NCBI GenBank assembly: GCA_002269645.1
Contig: NIVC01000034.1
Span: 186,001 to 250,000 of the forward strand
Direction: 5' to 3'
Length of the DNA stretch: 64,000 nucleotides
Origin: Macrostomum lignano
Lineage: Eukaryota
The notes beneath the pieces were generated by a model that saw only the letters and a list, made by a program, of their open reading frames with translations, was not told the DNA's origin and did not search any database. Of this stretch, positions 33,501 to 48,500 are shown piece by piece. Every line of letters begins with the position of its first letter. The first letter of the stretch is position 1. Both the position numbers and the translations under genes were made by a program.

Positions 33501-36500
33501 AATTTTCGGCACAAAAGACACATAAACGAGTTCAAACGAGAATGCATTATACAATCAACCAATTATCCTAATACCTAAACGCAATTCACTAACATTACTA
33601 CATTCCTATGCAGCGCATTCCTACCGCTACATCGGGTGCTTTGTGGACAAAGGCAAACGGGATCTGCCGGTACTGGGCGGAACTGGACACATGTACGCGG
33701 GTAAGTGCGACCGGCTCTGCCGCAAAAGGAACTACCGCTACTTCGGTCTGCAGTACTCCAAAGAGTGCTGGTGCGGCAACAGCTACGGCAAGTACGGAGC
33801 GCGTCGGTCCAGTGAGTGCCGGATGCGCTGCAGCGGCAGCCGAGGCTCTTACTGCGGCTCAAGCTGGCGCAACAGCATCTACGCGACCACCAAGCCAAGT
33901 GAGTCAGGGCTGAATGGCAAACCAGCGGTCCCGTTCAGTCTGTTGTGCTCCTTTACGGTTCTCCTTTACCTCTAGCTTTACCCGCTTTCTTTCCATAGCA
34001 ATCGCTAGAACTGACAGTAAATTGCCAATTAACAACATGAGCATTTTGCTTCTTCATCAATTGGTTACTCTACTCGCGAGTGCTGCAAGTGAAACCTCAT
34101 AGTGTCCATGCAGTAGCATAACCCAAATTAATCGGCAATTTTCGGCACAAAAGACACATAAACGAGTTCAAACGAGAATGCATTATACAATCAACCAATT
34201 ATCCTAATACCTAAACGCAATTCACTAACATTACTACATTCCTATGCAGCGCATTCCTACCGCTACATCGGGTGCTTTGTGGACAAAGGCAAACGGGATC
34301 TGCCGGTACTGGGCGGAACTGGACACATGTACGCGGGTAAGTGCGACCGGCTCTGCCGCAAAAGGAACTACCGCTACTTCGGTCTGCAGTACTCCAAAGA
34401 GTGCTGGTGCGGCAACAGCTACGGCAAGTACGGAGCGCGTCGGTCCAGTGAGTGCCGGATGCGCTGCAGCGGCAGCCGAGGCTCTTACTGCGGCTCAAGC
34501 TGGCGCAACAGCATCTACGCGACCACCAAGCCAAGTGAGTCAGGGCTGAATGGCAAACCAGCGGTCCCGTTCAGTCTGTTGTGCTCCTTTACGGTTCTCC
34601 TTTACCTCTAGCTTTACCCGCTTTCTTTCCATAGCAATCGCTAGAACTGACAGTAAATTGCCAATTAACAACATGAGCATTTTGCTTCTTCATCAATTGG
34701 TTACTCTACTCGCGAGTGCTGCAAGTGAAACCTCATAGTGTCCATGCAGTAGCATAACCCAAATTAATCGGCAATTTTCGGCACAAAAGACACATAAACG
34801 AGTTCAAACGAGAATGCATTATACAATCAACCAATTATCCTAATACCTAAACGCAATTCACTAACATTACTACATTCCTATGCAGCGCATTCCTACCGCT
34901 ACATCGGGTGCTTTGTGGACAAAGGCAAACGGGATCTGCCGGTACTGGGCGGAACTGGACACATGTACGCGGGTAAGTGCGACCGGCTCTGCCGCAAAAG
35001 GAACTACCGCTACTTCGGTCTGCAGTACTCCAAAGAGTGCTGGTGCGGCAACAGCTACGGCAAGTACGGAGCGCGTCGGTCCAGTGAGTGCCGGATGCGC
35101 TGCAGCGGCAGCCGAGGCTCTTACTGCGGCTCAAGCTGGCGCAACAGCATCTACGCGACCACCAAGCCAAGTGAGTCAGGGCTGAATGGCAAACCAGCGG
35201 TCCCGTTCAGTCTGTTGTGCTCCTTTACGGTTCTCCTTTACCTCTAGCTTTACCCGCTTTCTTTCCATAGCAATCGCTAGAACTGACAGTAAATTGCCAA
35301 TTAACAACATGAGCATTTTGCTTCTTCATCAATTGGTTACTCTACTCGCGAGTGCTGCAAGTGAAACCTCATAGTGTCCATGCAGTAGCATAACCCAAAT
35401 TAATCGGCAATTTTCGGCACAAAAGACACATAAACGAGTTCAAACGAGAATGCATTATACAATCAACCAATTATCCTAATACCTAAACGCAATTCACTAA
35501 CATTACTACATTCCTATGCAGCGCATTCCTACCGCTACATCGGGTGCTTTGTGGACAAAGGCAAACGGGATCTGCCGGTACTGGGCGGAACTGGACACAT
35601 GTACGCGGGTAAGTGCGACCGGCTCTGCCGCAAAAGGAACTACCGCTACTTCGGTCTGCAGTACTCCAAAGAGTGCTGGTGCGGCAACAGCTACGGCAAG
35701 TACGGAGCGCGTCGGTCCAGTGAGTGCCGGATGCGCTGCAGCGGCAGCCGAGGCTCTTACTGCGGCTCAAGCTGGCGCAACAGCATCTACGCGACCACCA
35801 AGCCAAGTGAGTCAGGGCTGAATGGCAAACCAGCGGTCCCGTTCAGTCTGTTGTGCTCCTTTACGGTTCTCCTTTACCTCTAGCTTTACCCGCTTTCTTT
35901 CCATAGCAATCGCTAGAACTGACAGTAAATTGCCAATTAACAACATGAGCATTTTGCTTCTTCATCAATTGGTTACTCTACTCGCGAGTGCTGCAAGTGA
36001 AACCTCATAGTGTCCATGCAGTAGCATAACCCAAATTAATCGGCAATTTTCGGCACAAAAGACACATAAACGAGTTCAAACGAGAATGCATTATACAATC
36101 AACCAATTATCCTAATACCTAAACGCAATTCACTAACATTACTACATTCCTATGCAGCGCATTCCTACCGCTACATCGGGTGCTTTGTGGACAAAGGCAA
36201 ACGGGATCTGCCGGTACTGGGCGGAACTGGACACATGTACGCGGGTAAGTGCGACCGGCTCTGCCGCAAAAGGAACTACCGCTACTTCGGTCTGCAGTAC
36301 TCCAAAGAGTGCTGGTGCGGAAACAGCTACGGCAAGTACGGAAAGAGGTCCAAGTCCGAGTGCAGGATGAAATGCTCAGGTAAAAAGTCCACCTTCTGCG
36401 GATCGAGCTGGAGAAACAGCATCTACACCACTGGACTGCCAGCTCGAAGACGACCAAGAGTATGTAAGTGCCACAATGCTTACTGTCTAAACTGAGTAGC

Positions 36501-39500
36501 AAATGAATTCTTCGCTTGGGTATTATTATTTATCGTGCAGTTTAGACGCTATGTATCTGTGAGATGGAGTAGATTGCCTTGAATTAAACTTGCATGCTTT
36601 TTTTACTAACACATTCTTAATTCATTGTACAGCAGCATTAAAAGTCCAAATATTATTTCAATCGAAATTGCACGTGATCCAATGTACACGATTTCAGCGA
36701 GGCTGCCTCTGTCTAGATGCTCGCAGCACTCCGTCGGTTGGAACGGTAAATGCAGTAGAGCCATCGATGGAAACACAAACCAAAACTATGGAAAGAAATC
36801 CTGCACCCACACCCGCACTGCGACCGGCGCCTGGTGGCAGGCGAGGACCAGCAGACGTGCCAGAATCACATCCGTCAGAATCTACAACAGGCGGGACTGT
36901 TGCGCCAACAGACTCAGGAACTTTGTGATCAAGGTCGACGGTCGAGTGTGCGCGTCCTACCGCTCGTCGAGAGCGTTCTCTGTGAGGACATTCAGGTGCA
37001 ACGCAGTTGGTCGCACAGTCCGCATCCAGACGAGGAATCGAGTACCGCTGACTCTGTGCGAAGTACAAGTGTTCGGACGTTATGTAGGACGCACTCCAAA
37101 GCCATCACGAGGTGTGTTTTTGTATTTTTAACTGGGAACGTGAGATTAATTTTGGTTTTACTTGCATCTCTGGTAAACTGTATATTTTGTTGCATGTTCT
37201 TTGTTCAGTTTTTTGTTTAATTGATCACCGAAGCATTTCAAACAAAGCCAATTTATGAAATGCAATTATCATTTTAGCCTGTCCAGCTGGGACGAAGGTG
37301 AAGCGAATCTCACGTCGTACCTGTTCTTGCAAGCCAGCGCCGGAAGAGCGACGGCTCGGTTCTCTCGTCTTCGTCATCGACATAACAGGCAGCATGGGCA
37401 GGGTGATCAACGCCGTTCGGAGGAACATCCGAAAGATTCTCGCTGCAAACAGGCGCTTCAGTAACTACGTTGTCGCTACTTTCGGCGACCCTTATGTGAA
37501 GAACATGAAGAAGACCAAAGACGCTCGACAGGTGATTCGATTTCTCAATCGGCTTCGAGCATCCGGAGGTGGCGACTGTGCGGAGATGGCCATGTCTGGC
37601 GCACTGGACGCCGCAGCAGCTGCTGACCGCAACTCTGTCATGATGCTGTTCACCGACGCCTCGGCCAAGGACGCCCGACTGAAGGGTCGCGTATCGGCCA
37701 GGCTGAGGTCGAAAGGAATCAGGTTGTACACTGTCGCGAGCGGCAACCTTTGTCGGCGAGGCAGCGGACTTTACAAATCGTTAGCGAGAGGCTCAGGTGG
37801 CTACGTGGCGAGCCTGCGCTCCAGCTACTTCAACAAGGCAAGGGTTATATTTCATGACTTCTATTGTATACAGGGGGCTTTCGGCATTGTTATAATGTAA
37901 GGTCAGATGTAAACTAGCGAGGAGAAAATCGGTTATGCTTAATACCGGTACGTTAAACATTCAGCACAAAAAGGTACGTAAGCACGTAGGTACAGAATCT
38001 GAAGGGGTGGACACCTGTCTTTAGTTTGTCGTAGCCAGTCCTGTCTATTTTGTTCGATGGGTTGACCCTTACTGATATTAATAGCAGGAGAAGGGACAAG
38101 GCCTTTTTGTGCATGAGCCGCTAGTTACTGAGGCCGCGTACTAAATCGAGACCGTCTGCGTTTCATCTTTGCTTTGGCCAGTGTTTGTGCTTTTAAAAAA
38201 ACTAATATAGTCCGAAAAATAGAAAAAATTGCTTAGTTTCATATTAGCTAAATTTTCTGAAAGAGCGTGGTTCAGCATGCTTTTTTTCTTTTCAATTGCA
38301 GCAGTGTTTAATGTCTAAAGTGTCTAGTGTGGCAGACTTTTTTGTTATTCTTTTTTAGTTTAAAATACCTGACGACACTGTCTAGGTCATTAAAATGTTG
38401 CAGCCTCGCTGATTTTCACTTTGATTTATCAGTAATCCTTTAATTACGTATTAACCTTCCTCCGTCTTTTTCAGCTGATGGAGTTTGTCAGGCGAGCAGC
38501 CAGTGGAAAAATGAGCTTCAGTGCCTTCCCAGCAAACGCGGCATCGCTAAACAAAGCTCTTCGAGGCCGTAAGCAAGAATTAGTTAATTTACAAAAAATA
38601 TTTGTAGGCTTAGCCTTGAAAACCAATCATCAGGATCTTACTAATACTCTTTGCAGGTTGCCGCTGTCGAAATATCAATCGTCGAATCTGTGTGCGAAAT
38701 GGTGAGAACTGCAAGACCGTTTTGTAAAATATAAATCATTTATTTGAAGCTCCACTGCACCTAATTTTCCGGACAATTCTTAGTGAAATAGATGCATTAA
38801 TTGACTCAAAGAACTAAAGCAACAGGTGGACAACAAACACAAAATCGCGAAAACAAACCCACTAGCGAAATTGCAAGAGTCGCATAATTTTGGTGCAAAA
38901 AAATCCGATTGTGTTTTAACTGGAACCTATAGTAATTTAAAATATGTTCATATCTTTTATTCACTAAGGCTTCCATCTGCGGCAACTCATCCTGCTAGTA
39001 GTTTTCGCAGACTTAGAATTCATTTCACTTCAAAGATCTGTTCTTTATCGCGTGTGTGCTCACCGAAATCTTGTAAATTTTGCAAGCATTGCTTGATAGT
39101 TGCCTCTGTCTTGCGACCTTTCATCACGGACTACTCTACTCGGAAAGGATACTACACAAAAAACAACCTCACATGATACTGCTATACGCATGCGTCTTGC
39201 TCAGCTTATTCTTCTCGGAAAGGATCCTCCCGATTGTAAATAGGCTTCTGCTTGGTATGTCTCGCTCGCGACTTGTCCACAACTACTGGATTGACTGCAA
39301 GAATGTTGATGGGATCTGCTTTGTTCTTGAGCTATTTAGAAGCCTGTTAGAGGATATTAGTTTGCTACACAAGCACTGGGCCCTTGCGAGATGTGAGCCT
39401 TCTACAGAAGCAGCAACTTGTTAGCTCAGTGTGTTTTGTTGCAGCCCAGAAGGTGCAACGACCAGGTGACCAACCTAGGTCGGCAGCAAAATAAACAGCT

Positions 39501-42500
39501 GATGATGGAGTTAGTCAGGCGAAAAAAACATTTAACCACTGTTCTGCATTAGCCGACGCGCCTGCCACCGAATGCCACACTGCCGAGTTTGAAATAACGC
39601 TTAGTGCAGAAGCGAACTGATTTTCCTGCATCATATTAGACAAGTAGACAACGATTGTGAATTGAGCCAAACTGCTACTCACTGGGGCATTAATTCGCCT
39701 TGCTCTCTCCTTCACTTTCTATCTAGTTTCTTTTATTTGCCTCTTCCAGCATTTTTCTTGTAACTTCCTGTATATACTTGTAAATCACACAATCTATACA
39801 ACTAAAGTAAAGTGGCTCTAACAAAGGTTCATTGCTTAATTCCATTCACTTGCATAAACGTTTTAGAAACTGGGAAGCATGACTACCGAAAATTGGAAAC
39901 AAAAAGTGTTTGAGCGACAATCTAAAAAATAGATTTGCTTTTCAAATATAGCAACTATGATCACGTGAAGACAACTGCGTTAAAAAGCTAACCCTTGCTT
40001 CACAATACCAGAATGAAGTAAAAACCAATGCGAATAAAAACGCTAACGACTAGCAGGCAAGAATAATGATAATATTCCAAGAAAACGCGCAAAACACTGT
40101 ATATCACGAATGTCTTGATCATACTGTAAAATGCCCTTAAAAAACTACAAACAAGTGTGTTTCGTGTTTTCCATCTTTCTTCAATCAGTTTAACAAAAAG
40201 CGGTGCCCAATTTTTAAAACAATTCACTGCAGGAGCGCATGCCACATCTAAAACTATTTTCCAATTATTACCAAGATTTCAATGTCTCCTTATGTCTCCC
40301 GTTTCAGCGAGGCTGCCGCTGTCCAGATGCTCGCAGCATTCTATCGCTGCAAGAGGTAAATGCAGAAGAGCTATCGATGGAAACACGAACCAGAACTATG
40401 GAAAGAAATCCTGCACCCACACCCGCACTGCGACCGGCGCCTGGTGGCAGGCGAGGACAAGCAGACGTGCCAGAATCACATCCGTCAGAATCTACAACAG
40501 GCGGGACTGTTGCGCCAACAGACTCAGAAACTTTGTGATCAAGGTCGACGGTCGAGTGTGCGCGTCCTACCGCTCGTCGAGAGCGTTCTCTGTGAGGACG
40601 TTCAGGTGCAACGCAGTTGGTCGCACAGTCCGCATCCAGACGAGGAATCGAGTACCGCTGACTCTGTGCGAAGTGCAAGTGTTCGGACGTTATGCTAAAG
40701 GCCGATCGCGAAGCAGAAGTAAGAACTAAAGAACGCTTTCCTCTTTGTATGACTTTTAATTCGATTAATTGGGTAGACTTTCGTAGACATTTGTCGCCGA
40801 AGTACGAGCTATAATATTTACGTCCTTTAAAACCTTTTAGCTCCGGGAATGCGATTCGTCGGCTGCTACATCGACAAGAAAAAGCGTGACCTACCAGTGA
40901 TGGCCGGCTCCGGCTCGATGAGCATCCCGAAGTGCTACCGACTGTGCAGAGCAAAGAAATACGCCTACTTCGGTGTGCAGTACAGCAAGGAGTGCTGGTG
41001 CGGAAACAGCTACGGCAAGTACGGAAAGAGGTCCAAGTCCGAGTGCAGGATGAAGTGCTCTGGTAAAAAGTCGACCTTCTGCGGATCGAGCTGGAGAAAC
41101 AGCATCTACACCACTGGACTGCCAGCTCGAAGACGACCAAGAGTATGTAAGTGATACAACGCTCACTGTCTAAAACGGAGTAGCAGATGTAATTCTTCGC
41201 TTGGTATCATTATTTGTCATACAGTTTAAGACGCTATGTATTGAGATGGAATTGATTGACTAAAATTAATTATGCGTGCTTTTACTACCAATAGAAAGCC
41301 ATTGTACAGCGGCGTTTAAAGCCGAGAATACACACGTGCTCAAATGTACACAATTTCAGCGAGGCTGCCTCTGTCCAGATGCTCGCAGCACTCCGTCGGT
41401 TGGAACGGTAAATGCAGTAGAGCCATCGATGGAAACACAAACCAAAACTTTGGAAAGAAATCCTGCACCCACACCCGCACTGCGACCGGCGCCTGGTGGC
41501 AGGCGAGGACAAGCAGACGTGCCAGAATCACATCCGTCAGAATCTACAACAGGCGGGACTGTTGCGCCAACAGACTCAGAAACTTTGTGATCAAGGTCGA
41601 CGGTCGAGTGTGCGCGTCCTACCGCTCGTCGAGAGCGTTCTCTGTGAGGACGTTCAGGTGCAACGCAGTTGGTCGCACAGTCCGCATCCAGACGAGGAAT
41701 CGAGTACCGCTGACTCTGTGCGAAGTGCAAGTGTTCGGACGTTATGCTAAAGGCCGATCGCGAAGCAGAAGTAAGAACTAAAGAACGCTTTCCTCTTTGT
41801 ATGACTTTTAATTCGATTAATTGGGTAGACTTTCGTAGACATTTGTCGCCGAAGTACGAGCTATAATATTTACGTCCTTTAAAACCTTTTAGCTCCGGGA
41901 ATGCGATTCGTCGGCTGCTACATCGACAAGAAAAAGCGTGACCTACCAGTGATGGCCGGCTCCGGCTCGATGAGCATCCCGAAGTGCTACCGACTGTGCA
42001 GAGCAAAGAAATACGCCTACTTCGGTGTGCAGTACAGCAAGGAGTGCTGGTGCGGAAACAGCTACGGCAAGTACGGAAAGAGGTCCAAGTCCGAGTGCAG
42101 GATGAAGTGCTCTGGTAAAAAGTCGACCTTCTGCGGATCGAGCTGGAGAAACAGCATCTACACCACTGGACTGCCAGCTCGAAGACGACCAAGAGTATGT
42201 AAGTGATACAACGCTCACTGTCTAAAACGGAGTAGCAGATGTAATTCTTCGCTTGGTATCATTATTTGTCATACAGTTTAAGACGCTATGTATTGAGATG
42301 GAATTGATTGACTAAAATTAATTATGCGTGCTTTTACTACCAATAGAAAGCCATTGTACAGCGGCGTTTAAAGCCGAGAATACACACGTGCTCAAATGTA
42401 CACAATTTCAGCGAGGCTGCCTCTGTCCAGATGCTCGCAGCACTCCGTCGGTTGGAACGGTAAATGCAGTAGAGCCATCGATGGAAACACAAACCAAAAC

Positions 42501-45500
42501 TTTGGAAAGAAATCCTGCACCCACACCCGCACTGCGACCGGCGCCTGGTGGCAGGCGAGGACAAGCAGACGTGCCAGAATCACATCCGTCAGAATCTACA
42601 ACAGGCGGGACTGTTGCGCCAACAGACTCAGAAACTTTGTGATCAAGGTCGACGGTCGAGTGTGCGCGTCCTACCGCTCGTCGAGAGCGTTCTCTGTGAG
42701 GACGTTCAGGTGCAACGCAGTTGGTCGCACAGTCCGCATCCAGACGAGGAATCGAGTACCGCTGACTCTGTGCGAAGTGCAAGTGTTCGGACGTTATGCT
42801 AAAGGCCGATCGCGAAGCAGAAGTAAGAACTAAAGAACGCTTTCCTCTTTGTATGACTTTTAATTCGATTAATTGGGTAGACTTTCGTAGACATTTGTCG
42901 CCGAAGTACGAGCTATAATATTTACGTCCTTTAAAACCTTTTAGCTCCGGGAATGCGATTCGTCGGCTGCTACATCGACAAGAAAAAGCGTGACCTACCA
43001 GTGATGGCCGGCTCCGGCTCGATGAGCATCCCGAAGTGCTACCGACTGTGCAGAGCAAAGAAATACGCCTACTTCGGTGTGCAGTACAGCAAGGAGTGCT
43101 GGTGCGGAAACAGCTACGGCAAGTACGGAAAGAGGTCCAAGTCCGAGTGCAGGATGAAGTGCTCTGGTAAAAAGTCGACCTTCTGCGGATCGAGCTGGAG
43201 AAACAGCATCTACACCACTGGACTGCCAGCTCGAAGACGACCAAGAGTATGTAAGTGATACAACGCTCACTGTCTAAAACGGAGTAGCAGATGTAATTCT
43301 TCGCTTAGTATCATTATTTGTCATACAGTTTAAGACGCTATGTATTGAGATGGAATTGATTGACTAAAATTAATTATGCGTGCTTTTACTACCAATAGAA
43401 AGCCATTGTACAGCGGCGTTTAAAGCCGAGAATACACACGTGCTCAAATGTACACAATTTCAGCGAGGCTGCCTCTGTCCAGATGCTCGCAGCACTCCGT
43501 CGGTTGGAACGGTAAATGCAGTAGAGCCATCGATGGAAACACAAACCAAAACTATGGAAAGAAATCCTGCACCCACACCCGCACTGCGACCGGCGCCTGG
43601 TGGCAGGCGAGGACAAGCAGACGTGCCAGAATCACATCCGTCAGAATCTACAACAGGCGGGACTGTTGCGCCAACAGACTCAGAAACTTTGTGATCAAGG
43701 TCGACGGTCGAGTGTGCGCGTCCTACCGCTCGTCGAGAGCGTTCTCTGTGAGGACGTTCAGGTGCAACGCAGTTGGTCGCACAGTCCGCATCCAGACGAG
43801 GAATCGAGTACCGCTGACTCTGTGCGAAGTGCAAGTGTTCGGACGTTATGCTAAAGGCCGATCGCGAAGCAGAAGTAAGAACTAAAGAACGCTTTCCTCT
43901 TTGTATGACTTTTAATTCGATTAATTGGGTAGACTTTCGTAGACATTTGTCGCCGAAGTACGAGCTATAATATTTACGTCCTTTAAAACCTTTTAGCTCC
44001 GGGAATGCGATTCGTCGGCTGCTACATCGACAAGAAAAAGCGTGACCTACCAGTGATGGCCGGCTCCGGCTCGATGAGCATCCCGAAGTGCTACCGACTG
44101 TGCAGAGCAAAGAAATACGCCTACTTCGGTGTGCAGTACAGCAAGGAGTGCTGGTGCGGAAACAGCTACGGCAAGTACGGAAAGAGGTCCAAGTCCGAGT
44201 GCAGGATGAAGTGCTCTGGTAAAAAGTCGACCTTCTGCGGATCGAGCTGGAGAAACAGCATCTACACCACTGGACTGCCAGCTCGAAGACGACCAAGAGT
44301 ATGTAAGTGATACAACGCTCACTGTCTAAAACGGAGTAGCAGATGTAATTCTTCGCTTAGTATCATTATTTGTCATACAGTTTAAGACGCTATGTATTGA
44401 GATGGAATTGATTGACTAAAATTAATTATGCGTGCTTTTACTACCAATAGAAAGCCATTGTACAGCGGCGTTTAAAGCCGAGAATACACACGTGCTCAAA
44501 TGTACACAATTTCAGCGAGGCTGCCTCTGTCCAGATGCTCGCAGCACTCCGTCGGTTGGAACGGTAAATGCAGTAGAGCCATCGATGGAAACACAAACCA
44601 AAACTATGGAAAGAAATCCTGCACCCACACCCGCACTGCGACCGGCGCCTGGTGGCAGGCGAGGACAAGCAGACGTGCCAGAATCACATCCGTCAGAATC
44701 TACAACAGGCGGGACTGTTGCGCCAACAGACTCAGAAACTTTGTGATCAAGGTCGACGGTCGAGTGTGCGCGTCCTACCGCTCGTCGAGAGCGTTCTCTG
44801 TGAGGACGTTCAGGTGCAACGCAGTTGGTCGCACAGTCCGCATCCAGACGAGGAATCGAGTACCGCTGACTCTGTGCGAAGTGCAAGTGTTCGGACGTTA
44901 TGCTAAAGGCCGATCGCGAAGCAGAAGTAAGAACTAAAGAACGCTTTCCTCTTTGTATGACTTTTAATTCGATTAATTGGGTAGACTTTCGTAGACATTT
45001 GTCGCCGAAGTACGAGCTATAATATTTACGTCCTTTAAAACCTTTTAGCTCCGGGAATGCGATTCGTCGGCTGCTACATCGACAAGAAAAAGCGTGACCT
45101 ACCAGTGATGGCCGGCTCCGGCTCGATGAGCATCCCGAAGTGCTACCGACTGTGCAGAGCAAAGAAATACGCCTACTTCGGTGTGCAGTACAGCAAGGAG
45201 TGCTGGTGCGGAAACAGCTACGGCAAGTACGGAAAGAGGTCCAAGTCCGAGTGCAGGATGAAGTGCTCTGGTAAAAAGTCGACCTTCTGCGGATCGAGCT
45301 GGAGAAACAGCATCTACACCACTGGACTGCCAGCTCGAAGACGACCAAGAGTATGTAAGTGATACAACGCTCACTGTCTAAAACGGAGTAGCAGATGTAA
45401 TTCTTCGCTTAGTATCATTATTTGTCATACAGTTTAAGACGCTATGTATTGAGATGGAATTGATTGACTAAAATTAATTATGCGTGCTTTTACTACCAAT

Positions 45501-48500
45501 AGAAAGCCATTGTACAGCGGCGTTTAAAGCCGAGAATACACACGTGCTCAAATGTACACAATTTCAGCGAGGCTGCCTCTGTCCAGATGCTCGCAGCACT
45601 CCGTCGGTTGGAACGGTAAATGCAGTAGAGCCATCGATGGAAACACAAACCAAAACTATGGAAAGAAATCCTGCACCCACACCCGCACTGCGACCGGCGC
45701 CTGGTGGCAGGCGAGGACAAGCAGACGTGCCAGAATCACATCCGTCAGAATCTACAACAGGCGGGACTGTTGCGCCAACAGACTCAGAAACTTTGTGATC
45801 AAGGTCGACGGTCGAGTGTGCGCGTCCTACCGCTCGTCGAGAGCGTTCTCTGTGAGGACGTTCAGGTGCAACGCAGTTGGTCGCACAGTCCGCATCCAGA
45901 CGAGGAATCGAGTACCGCTGACTCTGTGCGAAGTGCAAGTGTTCGGACGTTATGCTAAAGGCCGATCGCGAAGCAGAAGTAAGAACTAAAGAACGCTTTC
46001 CTCTTTGTATGACTTTTAATTCGATTAATTGGGTAGACTTTCGTAGACATTTGTCGCCGAAGTACGAGCTATAATATTTACGTCCTTTAAAACCTTTTAG
46101 CTCCGGGAATGCGATTCGTCGGCTGCTACATCGACAAGAAAAAGCGTGACCTACCAGTGATGGCCGGCTCCGGCTCGATGAGCATCCCGAAGTGCTACCG
46201 ACTGTGCAGAGCAAAGAAATACGCCTACTTCGGTGTGCAGTACAGCAAGGAGTGCTGGTGCGGAAACAGCTACGGCAAGTACGGAAAGAGGTCCAAGTCC
46301 GAGTGCAGGATGAAGTGCTCTGGTAAAAAGTCGACCTTCTGCGGATCGAGCTGGAGAAACAGCATCTACACCACTGGACTGCCAGCTCGAAGACGACCAA
46401 GAGTATGTAAGTGATACAACGCTCACTGTCTAAAACGGAGTAGCAGATGTAATTCTTCGCTTAGTATCATTATTTGTCATACAGTTTAAGACGCTATGTA
46501 TTGAGATGGAATTGATTGACTAAAATTAATTATGCGTGCTTTTACTACCAATAGAAAGCCATTGTACAGCGGCGTTTAAAGCCGAGAATACACACGTGCT
46601 CAAATGTACACAATTTCAGCGAGGCTGCCTCTGTCCAGATGCTCGCAGCACTCCGTCGGTTGGAACGGTAAATGCAGTAGAGCCATCGATGGAAACACAA
46701 ACCAAAACTATGGAAAGAAATCCTGCACCCACACCCGCACTGCGACCGGCGCCTGGTGGCAGGCGAGGACAAGCAGACGTGCCAGAATCACATCCGTCAG
46801 AATCTACAACAGGCGGGACTGTTGCGCCAACAGACTCAGAAACTTTGTGATCAAGGTCGACGGTCGAGTGTGCGCGTCCTACCGCTCGTCGAGAGCGTTC
46901 TCTGTGAGGACGTTCAGGTGCAACGCAGTTGGTCGCACAGTCCGCATCCAGACGAGGAATCGAGTACCGCTGACTCTGTGCGAAGTGCAAGTGTTCGGAC
47001 GTTATGCTAAAGGCCGATCGCGAAGCAGAAGTAAGAACTAAAGAACGCTTTCCTCTTTGTATGACTTTTAATTCGATTAATTGGGTAGACTTTCGTAGAC
47101 ATTTGTCGCCGAAGTACGAGCTATAATATTTACGTCCTTTAAAACCTTTTAGCTCCGGGAATGCGATTCGTCGGCTGCTACATCGACAAGAAAAAGCGTG
47201 ACCTACCAGTGATGGCCGGCTCCGGCTCGATGAGCATCCCGAAGTGCTACCGACTGTGCAGAGCAAAGAATACGCCTACTTCGGTGTGCAGTACAGCAAG
47301 GAGTGCTGGTGCGGAAACAGCTACGGCAAGTACGGAAAGAGATCCAAGTCCGAGTGCAGGATGAAGTGCTCTGGTAAAAAGTCGACCTTCTGCGGATCGA
47401 GCTGGAGAAACAGCATCTACACCACTGGACTGCCAGCTCGAAGACGACCAAGAGTATGTAAGTGATACAACGCTCACTGTCTAAAACGGAGTAGCAGATG
47501 TAATTCTTCGCTTAGTATCATTATTTGTCATACAGTTTAAACGCTATGTATTGAGATGGAATTGATGACTTAAATTAATTATGCGTGCTTTTACTACCAA
47601 TAGAAAGCCATTGTACAGCGGCGTTTAAAGCCGAGAATACACACGTGCTCAAATGTACACAATTTCAGCGAGGCTGCCTCTGTCCAGATGCTCGCAGCAC
47701 TCCGTCGGTTGGAACGGTAAATGCAGTAGAGCCATCGATGGAAACACAAACCAAAACTATGGAAAGAAATCCTGCACCCACACCCGCACTGCGACCGGCG
47801 CCTGGTGGCAGGCGAGGACAAGCAGACGTGCCAGAATCACATCCGTCAGAATCTACAACAGGCGGGACTGTTGCGCCAACAGACTCAGAACTTTGTGATC
47901 AAGGTCGACGGTCGAGTGTGCGCGTCCTACCGCTCGTCGAGAGCGTTCTCTGTGAGGACGTTCAGGTGCAACGCAGTTGGTCGCACAGTCCGCATCCAGA
48001 CGAGGAATCGAGTACCGCTGACTCTGTGCGAAGTGCAAGTTTCGGACGTTATGTAGGACGCACTCCAAAGCCGTCACGAGGTGAGTTTCTGTATTTTTAA
48101 CTGGGAATGTGAGATTAATTTCGGCTTTACTTGCACCACTGTTAATCTGTATGTTTCGTTGAATTTTCTTTGTTTAGTTCTTTGTTTAATTGATCACCGA
48201 AGCATATTAAACAAAGCCAGTTTATGAAATTTAATTATAATTTTAGCTTGTCCAGCTGGGACGAAGGTGAAGCGAATCTCACGTCGTACCTGTTCTTGCA
48301 AGCCCGCGCCGGAAGAGCGACGGCTCGGCTCTCTCGTCTTCGTCATTGACATCACAGGCAGCATGGGCAGGGTGATTAACGCCGTTCGGAGGAACATCCG
48401 AAAGATTCTCGCTGCAAACAGGCGCTTCAGTAACTACGTTGTCGCTACTTTCGGCGACCCTTATGTGAAGAACATGAAGAAGACCAAAGACGCTCGACAG

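Noticed and set aside
39495-39525. ACAG|CTGATGATGGAGTTAGTCAGGCGA, resembling the start of the linker exon
   Set aside because: The match is only about 20 nt with no continuation or donor. It could be a relic or chance.
40304-47266. Repeated 278-aa minus-strand ORFs
   Set aside because: Antisense shadows of the lectin/WSC exons with no recognisable motif.
30776-48080. CRISPR-like or prokaryotic repeat array
   Set aside because: The units are hundreds of bp of exon+intron with no unique spacers, in a eukaryotic context.
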